Below are positions 12,182-25,300 of a stretch of 64,000 nt of DNA, piece after piece. A model generated the notes under the pieces. It was not told the origin of the DNA and did not search any database. It worked only from the letters and a program-made list of their open reading frames with translations. Within the stretch, counting starts at the first letter, position 1; each line of letters begins with the position of its first letter. This DNA comes from Schmidtea nova (lineage: Eukaryota): contig CM097882.1 of assembly GCA_044892505.1 (NCBI GenBank), positions 43,462,001 through 43,526,000 on the forward strand, read 5' to 3'. The translations under genes and the position numbers were made by a program.

Positions 12182-15025
12182 AATTGATATTAAGATAAAG
12201 ATAACAATGTAAACGAGAAATAGAAGAGTCAGTAAAGTATATTTTGGTGTTGAATTGATCGTTTCATTGTAAATTGTGTAATCAACTGTGATAATCAATA
12301 AAGGTTTATATTGTCTGAAAAGTTTTGTTTTGTTGATTAAATTAAGCACGCTTTGGAGTCAGAGAATTAATTAGTGAATTTCAATTTCACCAAAAAACCC
12401 AATAACCTTACAATCACATGATCAAACATTTTTTCGTAAATAATTATATGTATTAACTAAAAAATAATTATATAAATTGTCTGTTCACAAATTATCAAAA
12501 CTGATCGGGGGTAATTGCAGCGGGGTAATGACAGGGAATTTAAATGATCGTTGGTAATGTCCTAGACACCAATTATTGGACTCGGAACCATAAAAGAAGT
12601 GTATCGTAAAAATCCACAATGAATCATGTTCAAGATCTAAGTCAAATTCAAAGAGTCTTATATGCAGTGATGAATGTAGGTTAAAACTATTATATGTTTT
12701 AGTTAATAAAAAATACAAAACTAAGAGCAGCACAATATTCAAATAAAAGGATACTGGGAGGAAAATAAATTATCAAAATAATGTGACTAGCACACCGCCT
12801 TGAGCTTGCTCAAATCAATGTACTGGTCCCATGGAGCGAAATAACAATAGAATAACATAACTTTGGTCAAATGGGCTCACAAGAGCCAATATAGAAGTAG
12901 GAAATCTGGGAAATATTTGAATTTAGAATCGAATGATAGTTCTAGATTTTCGTATAAATATTTTTTCTGGCAGGGAAAAGCTTTCAGCGCTAAACTTATA
13001 TGTGATATTTTTACGGTTCAAGATAATGTCGGGATCGCTTCAATATCATTATCCTGTATCGGAATACGTTAATGAAAGAATTGTTTTTTCCCCACAAATC
13101 GACAGTGGCAGAGAAATTATCTGAGTTACGTGAAATCGAATAAAGTTTTAATCAAAGAAACATTGGCATCCAAACGTATTCCGCCCAATAGGGGACAATC
13201 GAACGCAGCATCTTATTGTGAACAAATGAAACCTTAGTGTAGTTAAAAAAAGCTGATCCGTTGGGTCAAGGTTTTTCTAGCACAGCAAGGAATGAGGAAA
13301 GAGGAAAGATAAAAAGCGGGAATGTCACAGGAAAATCTTCTGTGACAGGCAAGATCCGATTTGAAATTAAAGCATCTCGCTGTGTCAGTCGTCGAAAACT
13401 ACCACAGGAAGCAACCGAAGAATAACGATCACAGTTCCACATGAGATTTAAAATAAAAATCTGCAGATTGAATTTTTAATCAATCTTCATTTACTTTAGA
13501 TGAATTATCAAATAAATCCAATTGTATGAGGACCATTGGTGATCAAATGAGTGCAAAATCTTTGGAAACTAAATATAAATATGATTTGACGTTACTTACG
13601 TCTCGGGAATTATGTAAACATGTAACGGTACTCAGTGGATGACGCACAGACAGCCAATTATGCCTCCGAATCCTGTGGTTAGGAACCACCAGATAGCTTT
13701 TGAGATTGAGTCTATATAATCAGGGATACCCGAAGTATACGACAGTCCTTGAAGAGCCATCATTGTATCCCGAATGGTCTACCCGGATGGCCAGATGAAG
13801 GAGAGACCAAGCGAAAAATATGAATATTTAAAAATGAAAATTTAGTGTTCAATAATATTTTGTGTTTTGAAAATATTGTTATTTTCTAGGTAGTTTATGT
13901 ATAAAATTTTGTTTTCTTATTTGTCAGTTATATTTCTGGGTTGTAAAGTAAAAGCAATGTGAGACAAGGTAAGGACGAATGTCCTAGTAAAACTTGAGCA
14001 TGAAAATTTATGAAAATAATGAAAATTTATTATTAATAATCAAATCAGTTAATAAATTCAATTAAGATAGACTTAAAGATAAATAATTATGGTAATTACT
14101 ATTTTATTCTACGATAGTAAATTAATTTGCTATGCATTGTTGATCTCGATCAAGACTGAACATCAGAATACATAATCATTATTTGCAGTTACATTTTCAT
14201 TTTTGTGGATTTTGTCAATTAAACAAAAGCAATTTATTTCAACCACAATTATGGAAAATTGGCAATTTGTTATAACGAAGTTGTATCGGTTTGATAAAAG
14301 CAAGTTTTAAATATGTTTTTTAACAAATTAATAATAAATTTAAATGGTATTTTTCACTAAAATTTATCTATTTCATTTTCACCATATATCAAAAATAAAA
14401 TGTTTCGCTATTAGACAAAAATAAATCAATAAAATTCTTAAGGATTGCCACAAATTTTCGACACAGCCTTTATCAAGTGTTAGATCTTTTATTTTTAAAC
14501 AACTGAAAGAAATAGCTATTATAAGTACAAAGATTTATCTTTCCTGAATTTTTTAATCAAAGTATTTTTATTATTTATTAAAATAGCATTGCCAGACGTC
14601 CCGGTTTTCCGATATAGGTATTCGGGACTCTCATTCGTCACAGTTTAATTTTTTTAAATCAACGAAATTCGAAAACATGGCGCTTTTCATTTACAATTTT
14701 AATTTCTTCATCGATATTTTTTGTAGAGATTTTACAAATAAAACGTAATAAATTTTGAATCAACGTTTGGCTGGGCATTACCGTAAAATTAGCGATGTTA
14801 TGTGTTACTTTGTTGATTGAGATTAATATGTATGTACATTTTTTAAAGTTTTGTAAATAAAAGATATATGCAACTAAAAATTATTTAGTATACTTGTGTT
14901 GCTGCTTAATAATAATAAATTTCCAATTACTGTGATTATAAAATATATAAATATATAAATAATATTTCAAAATTGGTGCTTATTATAACATACATAATTA
15001 ATTAAAATTCTCTGCTTTTTAAATA

Positions 15026-15124
15026 CAGACGAACCAGCTTAATATCATGCTTACGGTTCCAAAAAAATCATGATATTAAGCGGGTCGTGATAATAACCGA
15101 GGTGATATTAAACGGGTTCGCCTG
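15026..15124. mobile_element. pogo/Tigger-like mini-MITE, 99 bp
   Basis: TA-CAGACGAACCAGCTTAATATCA ... TGATATTAAACGGGTTCGCCTG-TA. TIR match is 19/22, with TA flanks and a third internal TGATATTAAGCGGGT copy. Confidence 0.7.
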
Positions 15125-15134
15125 TAGTTGTAAG

Positions 15135-15184
15135 TAGGGTTACCAAACGTCCCGGTTGGTCGTGGTAAAATTCTGGCATCCCTA
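15135..15184. mobile_element. Possible hAT-like miniature element (TAGGGTTACCA...TGGCATCCCTA)
   Basis: 9/11 terminal inverted match. The related sequence TTGCCAGACGTCCCGG occurs at ~14590. No TSD is visible. Confidence 0.35.
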
Positions 15185-16579
15185 ATTAAAGCTAAATTAG
15201 AGTTCGAAACTTTACCTTAACTTTTCTTTCTTTTTTTCTCATAAATTGTCATTTATATCAAATTTTTATTCCAATTACAAGATTTAAATATTAAAAATAA
15301 TTTCAAAACTATTTACTCTTTGGAATTTTTTTTAATTTAAATTTTATATTTTCAAAGATTTCATTAAATATTAAATCTTAAGCTATCCATTTATTAAAAA
15401 TTGAAAATATTAGAAGCTTCTTAATCCAAAATGGATTAAAAGTATCTAAAGGATTCAACATTTCTTACTTCATAGTGTGATAAAAAAATGCAAAAATGAA
15501 AGAGATATGTGAAAGTATCTTAAGAACATGGATCGAAAGCTTTTTTTTGCTTTATAAAATGTAATTTAAAAAATTACAAAGATCAATATTCCAGGAATAT
15601 TGGAAAGAATAAATAGCTTGGAATTTTACTCGGACATCAAGATCTTAAACTTCATGACTATTATTTTGAGTAGTAGAAGGCGAGGAATTGCTTTGGACTT
15701 TAGTTACTTATCAAATATAAAATAATAGTCAAAAAAGAAAGTTCCGAAAATTTGTGTTTATTAAAAAGATTTTGAACTATAGTCCCAAACAATGAAAGTA
15801 AACTTTGTACTGAAAAACATATTTAACATGTAATTATCAATTTTAAGCATTTCTTCTATGATGCTGGAAGATGTAAATATTTATTCTCAACAAATTCACG
15901 TGATTAATTCTCCTTACTCTCTTGTAATCGTCTGTTTTGGAAAATAATACCAGAAGATGGAACTTTTGAGTTACTTTGGAATTCCAATAAATAATAAAAA
16001 ACGATACCTAAATAAACCAACTATGATAGTCATAAGGGATTTCATTTCAATAAGCATTCGAGTGTAATATCACTATGATTTATTATGTAACTGTTGAGTT
16101 ATTACTATTAAGTCGGTAGTTTCTGACTCCTGTGTTCTCTTTCAATTACAAAATAAACAAAACCCAACACAATAACTTTCTTTATTTTTCACATGATCAC
16201 AACTCTTTTTATCACAAAAAGTTACTCAGGTTCTGCACTCTTCGCGTGAGGGTAGAACACCCAATGGGATATCTCCCTCTCTGATAGGCAAAAGATTAAG
16301 TGTAAATTCTACTTTTGATTTCCTTTCAACGTCTCCTTCAAATATCTTCTAACGGTTTTCTTCACTTTACGCCTAAAATTTATCTTCGACCAACTGGCAA
16401 TTTCGGCACTTTGCTCTCCGTTTATATCCTACTTTTTGTTGTCTTCCTGTCGGCTTAATTGGATCTGTCAAAAATGAAATAATTAAATTTGTTTGACCGC
16501 CGCCTAATTGAGTTTCGCCACTAATGGTTTTTCGTCTCTTCCCGGGGCATTAAATTTATTTCGATAATTTAATGATTTT

Positions 16580-16900
16580 GTTGATGCCCCGGGTTTCCCA
16601 CATCGCTTGGGTTTCCCATTGGCTAGGGTTTTCCATTAGACGATTAATTATTTTTAATTAATTGGTATTTTCTTAATTTATCTTTCTGGGGGTCCTATTT
16701 CAATTTTATATACCCATATTTGAATTCGTCTCATCATTTGGCATCTTCCCATACCAGTTTCCCCCGCTCAAACTTTATTTTAATTTTTTATAAATTTTTA
16801 ATTAATGTTTGAACATTAATTATTATTTTTTCAATTTTTATATTTTTATTGATTTATGCAATTTTAAATTTATTTTCTGTGATTTTCACAACCCCAACAT
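16580..16900 (+). repeat. Dispersed repeat with tandem GGGTTTTCC-like motifs (copy 1)
   Basis: Aligns by eye over ~250 bp with 20995-21260 (GGGTTT(T/C)CC x3, TTATTTTTAATTAATT, GTCTCATCAT, CCCATACC). Confidence 0.6.
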
Positions 16901-17151
16901 AACTAATAACAAATTATTCGTATCTGTCCGCTGTCTGAACAATGCCTTATGTAAATATCAATGTTTCTAATATCTGTTGAGAATTAGCATAGAAAAAAAT
17001 TGAATTTCTCAGTGTTTTATATCAATTTTAACACCTGAAATACCATGCAGTGCATTTAACTCACGGTATTTCAGATCGAATCGGGCTTAGGAAAAACATG
17101 TAAAGTTTACAGAATAATATTGAATTTGACCTGCGCCTAACTCACTTCTAA

Positions 17152-17333
17152 TATAGGGTTTTTCGATCTATTTGGATTTTTTCCGAACATTTTTGAATTA
17201 AATTAATTAATTTATTAATTGATTTAATATTTTTAATAATATTTTTAATATTTTAATATTTTTAATAATATAAATTAATTAATTTAATTCCAAAATGATC
17301 GGAAAAAATCAAAATAGATCGAAAAACCCTATA
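17152..17333. repeat. Foldback inverted repeat, ~62 bp arms around an AT-only spacer
   Basis: TATAGGGTTTTTCGATCTATTTGGATTTTTTCCGAACATTTTTGAATTAAATTAATTAATTTA is mirrored, with few mismatches, by the sequence ending GATCGAAAAACCCTATA. Confidence 0.8.
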
Positions 17334-17519
17334 ATTGGGCTTAATAACTGCAAAGGGAGTGTTTTATCGACGGGCTTAACGATTTATATAATCACAAAAC
17401 TATATAAAGGTCAAAGATCATCATTAAGCATTTTGCTAATTAGATAAACCATTTTTGGAATGAAGATGTCCATGGAAAATTTCTAGGAAACATTCTACTA
17501 TTGATAATAATAATACTTT

Positions 17520-17994
17520 AATATGGCTGAGGAAGAATTTATGAAAAAGTGCATGTTGAATGTTTGTGATGCAATGGGTCCTGAAACTAAATATTAATTT
17601 GAAAATATAAATCTTTCTCGGCAAACTGTTGCCAGAAGAATAGAAGATATGAATACGAATTTTGGTGAGCAGCTACTGAAAAATTTGGAATTGGCCTATT
17701 TTATGCAATAGTTCTTGACGAATGTTGGGGAGTAAAGGATACTGATCAGTTATTAATTTTTGTCAGAGCTACCACTGAAGATTTTTAATTCTTTCTATGA
17801 AAGATATAACAAAGGAAGAAGGTCTTTTCCGAGAAATTGAAAAATGTATTTTAGGATACAATAGTGATTGTAAAAATGGTGAATGTAATAACAGACGGAT
17901 CACCGAATATGATTGGAAAAACTGTTTAGTGAAATAGAAATTAGTGAATTTCCTTCAATCAAAAATATTAAAACAGACAATTTATTGCACTCCT
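17520..17994 (+). mobile_element. Degraded hAT (Buster/SPIN, GTF2IRD2-like) transposase fragment
   Basis: Reads EEFMKKCMLNVC...FENINLSRQTVARRIEDM...DTDQLLIFVR...ITDGSPNMIG, which are Buster-clade motifs. It has stops and frameshifts and runs into an N-gap. Confidence 0.8.
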
Positions 17995-18381
17995 NNNNNN
18001 NNNNNNNNNNNNNNNNNNNNNNNNNNNNNNNNNNNNNNNNNNNNNNNNNNNNNNNNNNNNNNNNNNNNNNNNNNNNNNNNNNNNNNNNNNNNNNNNNNNN
18101 NNNNNNNNNNNNNNNNNNNNNNNNNNNNNNNNNNNNNNNNNNNNNNNNNNNNNNNNNNNNNNNNNNNNNNNNNNNNNNNNNNNNNNNNNNNNNNNNNNNN
18201 NNNNNNNNNNNNNNNNNNNNNNNNNNNNNNNNNNNNNNNNNNNNNNNNNNNNNNNNNNNNNNNNNNNNNNNNNNNNNNNNNNNNNNNNNNNNNNNNNNNN
18301 NNNNNNNNNNNNNNNNNNNNNNNNNNNNNNNNNNNNNNNNNNNNNNNNNNNNNNNNNNNNNNNNNNNNNNNNNNNNNNNNN
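17995..18381. other. Assembly gap (others: 30695-30875, 33981-34157, 34819-35059, 41942-42204, 43934-44065)
   Basis: Runs of N. The poly-X ORFs in the ORF track are artefacts of these gaps. Confidence 1.
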
Positions 18382-19132
18382 TGTCTGTTATTTAATATTA
18401 TAATTTTCTGATTTTATTAACAAATCTTTTTATCAAACTCTGTAATTTGACTAACTGGCATTCCAGTAGTTATAATATTTTATTGTATATTAATTATGGT
18501 TACATGTAATTTATTTATAGCTATAAAATTTTAATTATTCCATTATAAAAGTAATTAAATGGCTTTTGCGAAAAATATTTAAAAAAAGACTTATTCTTAC
18601 TTAAGTAAAAGTGTATTTCTTTTCATGAAACTTCTAATGAATAAAATATTGTTTATGACAATAACAATAAGTTTCATCGATTAATATTAAGAGAAAAATA
18701 ATGTTGTTTTTATTGTTTTTAGTAAACAATTTTCAATTCAAATACACGCACACACGCTTATTGCAGAATTTCCTCTAACAAACCGATTTACATAGGCATT
18801 CTGTAAATTACTCTAAGAATACACATATTTTTATTTAGATAAATTACAACTTCAATTATTTATGTCAGAGTTTTGAAAGTCAGCAAATATTGTATGCATT
18901 TTTTACTCTAATTTTAACTGCTCAATTTTGTTGACATTAGTATTTATAAACACTGGGTGCCATTGGACACGGTGTCAATATCAATTGTCACAAAATCAAT
19001 TAATAGCACTTTAATTAATTTTAATCAATTATTATTGGATAATTTAAATCCAATAGCGCTCAAGTCAAACGTGGTTGATCAATTAAAGAAATTTGAAACA
19101 AAATTTTGACTTATAATTTATCAACTGACTAA

Positions 19133-22100
19133 ATGGATAGGAAAGATACTGTAGTGAAAAAAGGAGTTTTATTAAAAGGTGATATATTATTGAATTTTTA
19201 AAAATTTTATTTATTTACACACCTGAGGTAAAAAATCTTTTTAAAGAGATCAATATACATTGTGTTTTATACAATATTTATAGTATAACATAGGTTAGAT
19301 CTATTTTTTGCATTTCAAGTGGAACTACTTGTCCTGCATGATTTGTGTTAAATTAATTTTTTTATTAAAAATATGAATAATTTAAAAATAAAAATGTGAA
19401 AGATGTTGCATTAATAATAATAAAATTATTTCAAATTACTCATTTAGATGAACAGGAAAAGATGCAAAAGAAGACTTTCACAAAATGGATGAATTCATAT
19501 CTTTGTCAAGTATTATTTATATTTTGTGATTTTTAAAGATTTTAAAAATGATTTAATATCATTAATACCTTTAATCTTTTTCTTTCAATTTCATAAATTT
19601 TCATTTTTTAGATAATAGATCAAAATTTTACCCATAAAACACGAAATTTCATTACTGCCACTTTCACTAAACATTCATAAAAGCAGTATGCTTAAAATTC
19701 ATGTTGATTAAGCAAAACAAATTTATGATTTCTTGTCCTAAAAATGAAAATAGATGAAAATAATTTAATAAAATATTCCAAAAACGAACATATTCTTAAA
19801 TTAATTTTTAAATGTTCAGCTGCAAAATTTCCAAGTTTATCGAATAATTTATTTTTATCAGACAAAAGATCAAATTTTTTTTTCACTTCTAGACAAATTT
19901 CTGGGAATCCCTTTTCCAAGAACAAATAGAAAAACTTTCAGAATGAAAGTTTTTTAATTATTGTTGGCTTTACTTGATGAATGACTTGACAACTCTATTA
20001 TAATATAAGAATAAAATAAAACAGCATGCTAGACTTTAAATTATTGCACATTTTTTCTTTGAAAATAGACCGAAAACATTCAACGAATTTCAATTAATTA
20101 TTAGAAAAAAACTAATTCATTGAATTATTTGATTGTAAGTGGCAAACAGAAAGATTGATAAAAATCAGGATTTTGCGATAACGAACTTCAAAAAATTTTT
20201 AAATGAAAAGAAATTTAAAATTTTCGGTATATTTAAGACTAAAGTTAAAAATGACTCAAAAGTTATTTTAATGGGTTTTTAATCCAAAAATACAAAGTTT
20301 ATTTCCCTTCATCAAGTTCTACCATCGGAATAAGAACATAATGGACTATGAAGTTAATAAATGTGACGTCAAAAGCTTTTTTGAAAGAGTATTGAATGTC
20401 ATGGGTGAAGGTTTTGCTTTTTTACATTTAAAGTTTCATTGTGACAGCGAGCTGAAAAAATTTGAGAAAAATTGCATTTTATAAAACAAAATGTCTTTTC
20501 TTTAGAATTAAGTAATTTTTACTAGTCAATTAGTCTGGGGGCTAGCAGAGAGAATAATTAAAAAGTATGAACAAGTTAATACAAGATATTTATAAAACCT
20601 CCTTTTGTTTGTTATTTTGCAAAAAATATATTTCAATGTTCTAAGTTTTGTTGTTTTATCTTCATATTACGAGATTAGAAAAATAACGTTTTTATTTTAG
20701 ATTTCACTTATACTTTCATATAACCTTTTAACCAAATTTTAAAAATATAAATTAACATTTTTGTAAAGTAAATTACAAAATTTTGAATGTACTATATTTT
20801 AGAATAGAATCTCATTAAAAATAACATGGGCCTATATATGACCAAAAGCAGGCGTATGAGGGTCATTTATCATCCAATATTATAGCTTTTTCGATTAAAA
20901 TTTTCGCACCCCACACGATCTCCTAATTTTATTATTCCTCTAAATCAAATAGGTCGTCAAAATTTCCTACAAATTGAATTTATTATTTATATTAACCGCT
21001 CGGGTTTTCAACTGGACCGAGCTTTCCATTTTCTCGGGTTTTCCAGTTGCCAATGAAGTTGATTTATTATTTTTAATTAATTTGTATTTTCTTTGTATAT
21101 TTTAGGGACTCCTCATTGATATTATATTATTATATCTGATTTTGTCTCATCATCTGACATCCACCCATACCCGTTTCTTCAGAAAAATGTTAATCTTTCC
21201 AAATATTAATTAATTTTTATATTTTATTTGTTAGTTGTGGAATTTTTACGAATTCAACATTTTTATAGATCCACGCACAAATTTCTGTGCAATTCACTTT
21301 ATTTGCACCTACCTTTACAAACCCAGCAATAGCTTGAAATAATTTCGTGTAGAAAAAATATTAATCAATTTATTCAGGCTTATAGTGAAGTTTTATTAAT
21401 TCTGTAAAAAATAGTCTACTAAAATTCAGAAAAATTTTAAATAAAATTTACTATAAGGATTTTGAAAAAACTGATAATTTCAAACACGTTTTCATGAATT
21501 AATTTCTTATTTCTATTTACCTTTTTTGACAATAGATTTTTTCTCTTAATCAACATAAATTTTCGGCACTGAATTTTAAGGAAATAAAGACATTTGAAAA
21601 AAGCAACGGTAAAAATTTGTTTTCAATAGGAGAAATATTTTTTATAATCTATTTTCTAAAATTAATATAAATTATATATATTTAAATTACCATAATGGTA
21701 AGATTATAGATCAAAATTTTTTTAAATAAATACACATTTCGGCACAGCCTATATCATACTTGATAAAGGCTGTGCCGAAATATTGTACTTATTTAAAGAA
21801 ATTTGGATCTAGTCTTACCATTATGGGAATTATTGATTTTAATATTAAAAAAATATCAAAGGTGAAACAAAAAGAAAATTATGATATTTTCTTAAATCGA
21901 AAATAAAAAATCGAGAAAATATTAAGGATGATTATATAAATTTAATGATACTAAATTATATAAGTTATTAACATTAATGAAATATTATATAAAAGGTAAG
22001 ATATTTTTCTGACTGATAATATTTCAAAGCAATTTTAATATTGTTCAACAAATTTTAATTTCATTTAAAATTTGAAACGTTTTTAGAAAAAACCTCCAGT

Positions 22101-22313
22101 CATAATTAAAGATCTCATGAAAGACCTCGGTGATGGACTCCTATTGTTAGACCTTCTGGAAATGTTGACAAAAACAACTTTAGTACGAATACTATAATTA
22201 TTTGACAATAATTTCTATCATATTAGAAAAAGGAAAAACCGAAAAATATGCAAAGAATTCATTGCTTAACTAATATTCAAACAGCTCTAGAATTCATGAA
22301 GAATGAAAAAAAA
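19133..22313 (+). CDS. SYNE1: Nesprin-like exons 1-4 (N-terminus and most of CH1)
   Basis: MDRKDTVVKKGVLLK|DEQEKMQKKTFTKWMNSYLCQ|KKPPVIIKDLMKDLGDGLLLLDLLEMLTKTTL|KKEKPKNMQRIHCLTNIQTALEFMKNEKK. Exon 1 is assigned from its ATG plus a phase-1 GT donor matching the phase-1 acceptor at 19448. Confidence 0.85.
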
Positions 22314-25300
22314 GTAAAATTACTAATTTAATGATTACTAATTTAAATATTGATAATCCAAAACAATATATAAACAAACATTTCCATGACTACAAAAATA
22401 ATTTGGTCAATTATTTAGTTTAATGTGAAAATCAAAATGTTTTACTCTAGTTTCAAAACGGTGGCCTGAAATAAACTATTTAAACAATTAAAAAGAAAAT
22501 GAAATTCATCAAAATTTAAATAAAATGTCACGTTAATTATTAAAGTGATTTAAATATAAATATTAACAGTTATGTCTCCTAAATTAATTAAAAATACAAA
22601 TGGCAAAATTAATTATTTATTTAAAAACACACTTTTCTTTATATTATTTAAACAACAACAATTTATATAACTCCCCTTTTCTTTAAGGATTTGTTCATCT
22701 CTTCAGCCATTCGATAAGTCGAAGTTTCTTTGAATCTCCATCAATCAGCTCCACTTAGTGTTATGACAAAAATATTGATATTACGAACGGCCCGTCGTAC
22801 TGAAGGTCATATTTGTCCCGATTTTGTGGTTCTTTCCGAACTAATACTTTCTCCCCTACCTCAAAAGTTTTATGCGTCCTTCTATCCGTGTCTGTTTCTT
22901 TCATATTTTGCTGCCCTTTCATTGCCTTTTCACCCTTTCACCTGCTTGTGCATATCGGTTGCGTTCAAATTTGTCTGTGGTAGTGTTGAATGTAGATTAA
23001 TTTTCCTCCCGAAAACAATTTCGAATGGTGAGAATCCTGTTGTACTCTGTGTTGTCGCATTGATACAAAATTCTATATGTGGGAGTAAATCTACCCAATT
23101 TCTCTCCTCTAATCTACTGAATATAGAAATTGTTAATAAGTCTCTGACGGTTTGCATAGTCCTTTCCGCCAGCCCATTCTATTAGTATTGGTATAGTGAG
23201 CTCAGGTGTTGTTTGATTCCTAACTTTCCTAGATGTGTCTTCACAGAAATGCTGTCGAAATTCTTACATTTGTCTGACAAAAGACTTCGCGATTTACCGA
23301 ATCTATATATCCACTTCTCTAATATTGCTTTGAACAACGATTTCTCATCTTGTCTTTCCAGTGCAGTTAGACTAACCATCTTGCTAAAACGGTCAATAAT
23401 AACTAATAAATATCTGTAACTTCCTTGAGGTTTCATGCGAGCTATATCTACAACCAATTGTTTTAAGAAATCTGAACTCATTATCGGTATCAGTCGTTCC
23501 TTTGTTTTATCTTGTACTATCTTCCGTTTATAACATATTTCACATGATCTTAAACAGCTTTGAATTATTTCCTGCATATTCGGCCAAAAAAATAAATCGC
23601 TCATGTAACTTATTAATTTTTTCACTCCAATATGGCACATTTCTATATGTATATATTTGACTAATGTATTAGTGTAGTCAAATGGTACTAATATTACATC
23701 CTTTCTGTCTTTCTCAAGCAATAATAATTCGTTTTCGAATTTTGTGTTCTTCAGCAAATTAAAAGGTAATTTCTTCTTGTTCAGAGATCATCCATTCTCT
23801 TTTCCCAGTAATACCTTTGACATGTGTATGAAGTCTACTTCATCCTCTTGTTTTCTTAATAGTTTTGTCATTGATTCAGTCTTCTGTAATATATTTATAT
23901 GTCTCACTCTGGTTTTTTCCTCTTTCGAGTCTTCATGTTGTGTCTTGCATTGAGCACATAACATCCCTTGATACTTGAGATACCGTCAGCATTTCCATGT
24001 TCTTCTTCTTTCCTATATTCCAAGTCGAAGTCATACCCGAAAAGGTAGGCTAGTCATGTCTGAAATTGTGGGCTTATTGCTTTCTTGGTGTATCTTATGA
24101 AGACTAGTGCTTTGTGGTCTGTTCACACTACGAAAGTCCTTCCCATATATATATTGTCTGAAATATGAGAGATATTCGTGTATTGCAAGTAATTCCTTCC
24201 TTTTCACACAATACCATTTTTCATGTGCCGTTAAATGTCTTGATCCATACGCAATAACTACCTCGGTATGGTCTCCTCTTTCTTGACACAGAACAGCTCT
24301 GATGGCTGGTATCTGTGTCCAGAATAAATTTGTCCTTTACTCTTGGATAATCCAGGATTGGAGCTTCACATAATTTTGTTTTAAGCGATTCAAAATTTTT
24401 ATTGCAATCTTCTGACCAATTAATCATTTTCCCGCATTCGGAAGTGGCTGCTTACAACGGTTCAACAATCTTTGCGTAATCTTTTATGAACTTCCTGCAG
24501 TAGTTAGTCATTCCCAAAAACGACCTCAATTGTTAACGCATGTCGGTATCTCTGCCTGTTTAAATTTCTTTATCTTCTTCTCATTCGTCTTTATCCCCTT
24601 GGAAGTAACAGTGTGTCCCAGAAATATCAGTTCTTCTTTAAAAATATCGCATTTACCAGGAATTATCTTCAACCATGCTATTTGTATCCTTTTGAATACT
24701 TCCTCTAGCCGTAAATCATGTTCTTTTCTGTCTTTCCCATAAAACAATATTCCTTCCAGCATTGAATGCATCATCCTCTGGAATGTTGCTGGGGCTGTTG
24801 CCAGTTCAAAAGGTAACCTGTTGAAGCAAAATTGTCCTTGCTTTGTACTAAAAGCTGTCGTTTTGTATTTCTTCCGCCATCCTGACTTGGTAATAAGCCT
24901 GCCCTAGATCAATGGAAGTAAAATATTTCGAATCTACCAGGCAGTTCAAAAGGAATCGAGTATCTGTCATTGGAAGCGACACTTTATTTGTAATGGCTTT
25001 CAATTCTCTGTAGTTCACACACATTCTAATTGAATTGTCTTTCTTTGCGATTATTACCAGCAGTGCATTCCATGCACTTTTACATTTCCTAATGACCTTT
25101 GTCTTCAGTAAGTTGATGATTAACTCGTCTAGATTTTGTTCCAGATGCATTGATTGTCTTCTGGGCTGTATTCTAACTGGATCACTTGTTATATCCATCT
25201 CATGTTTTACCATTTCAGTGAATCCCAAGTCATAAGTTGATGCCAAAAAAATTTTCCGAATTTCCGTATAATTCTTTCTAAATCTTCGTCTTTACAACTC

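Noticed and set aside
17913-18411. Long ORFs full of X (also at 30690, 33938, 34816, 41932, 43824)
   Set aside because: Artefacts of translating through N-gaps.
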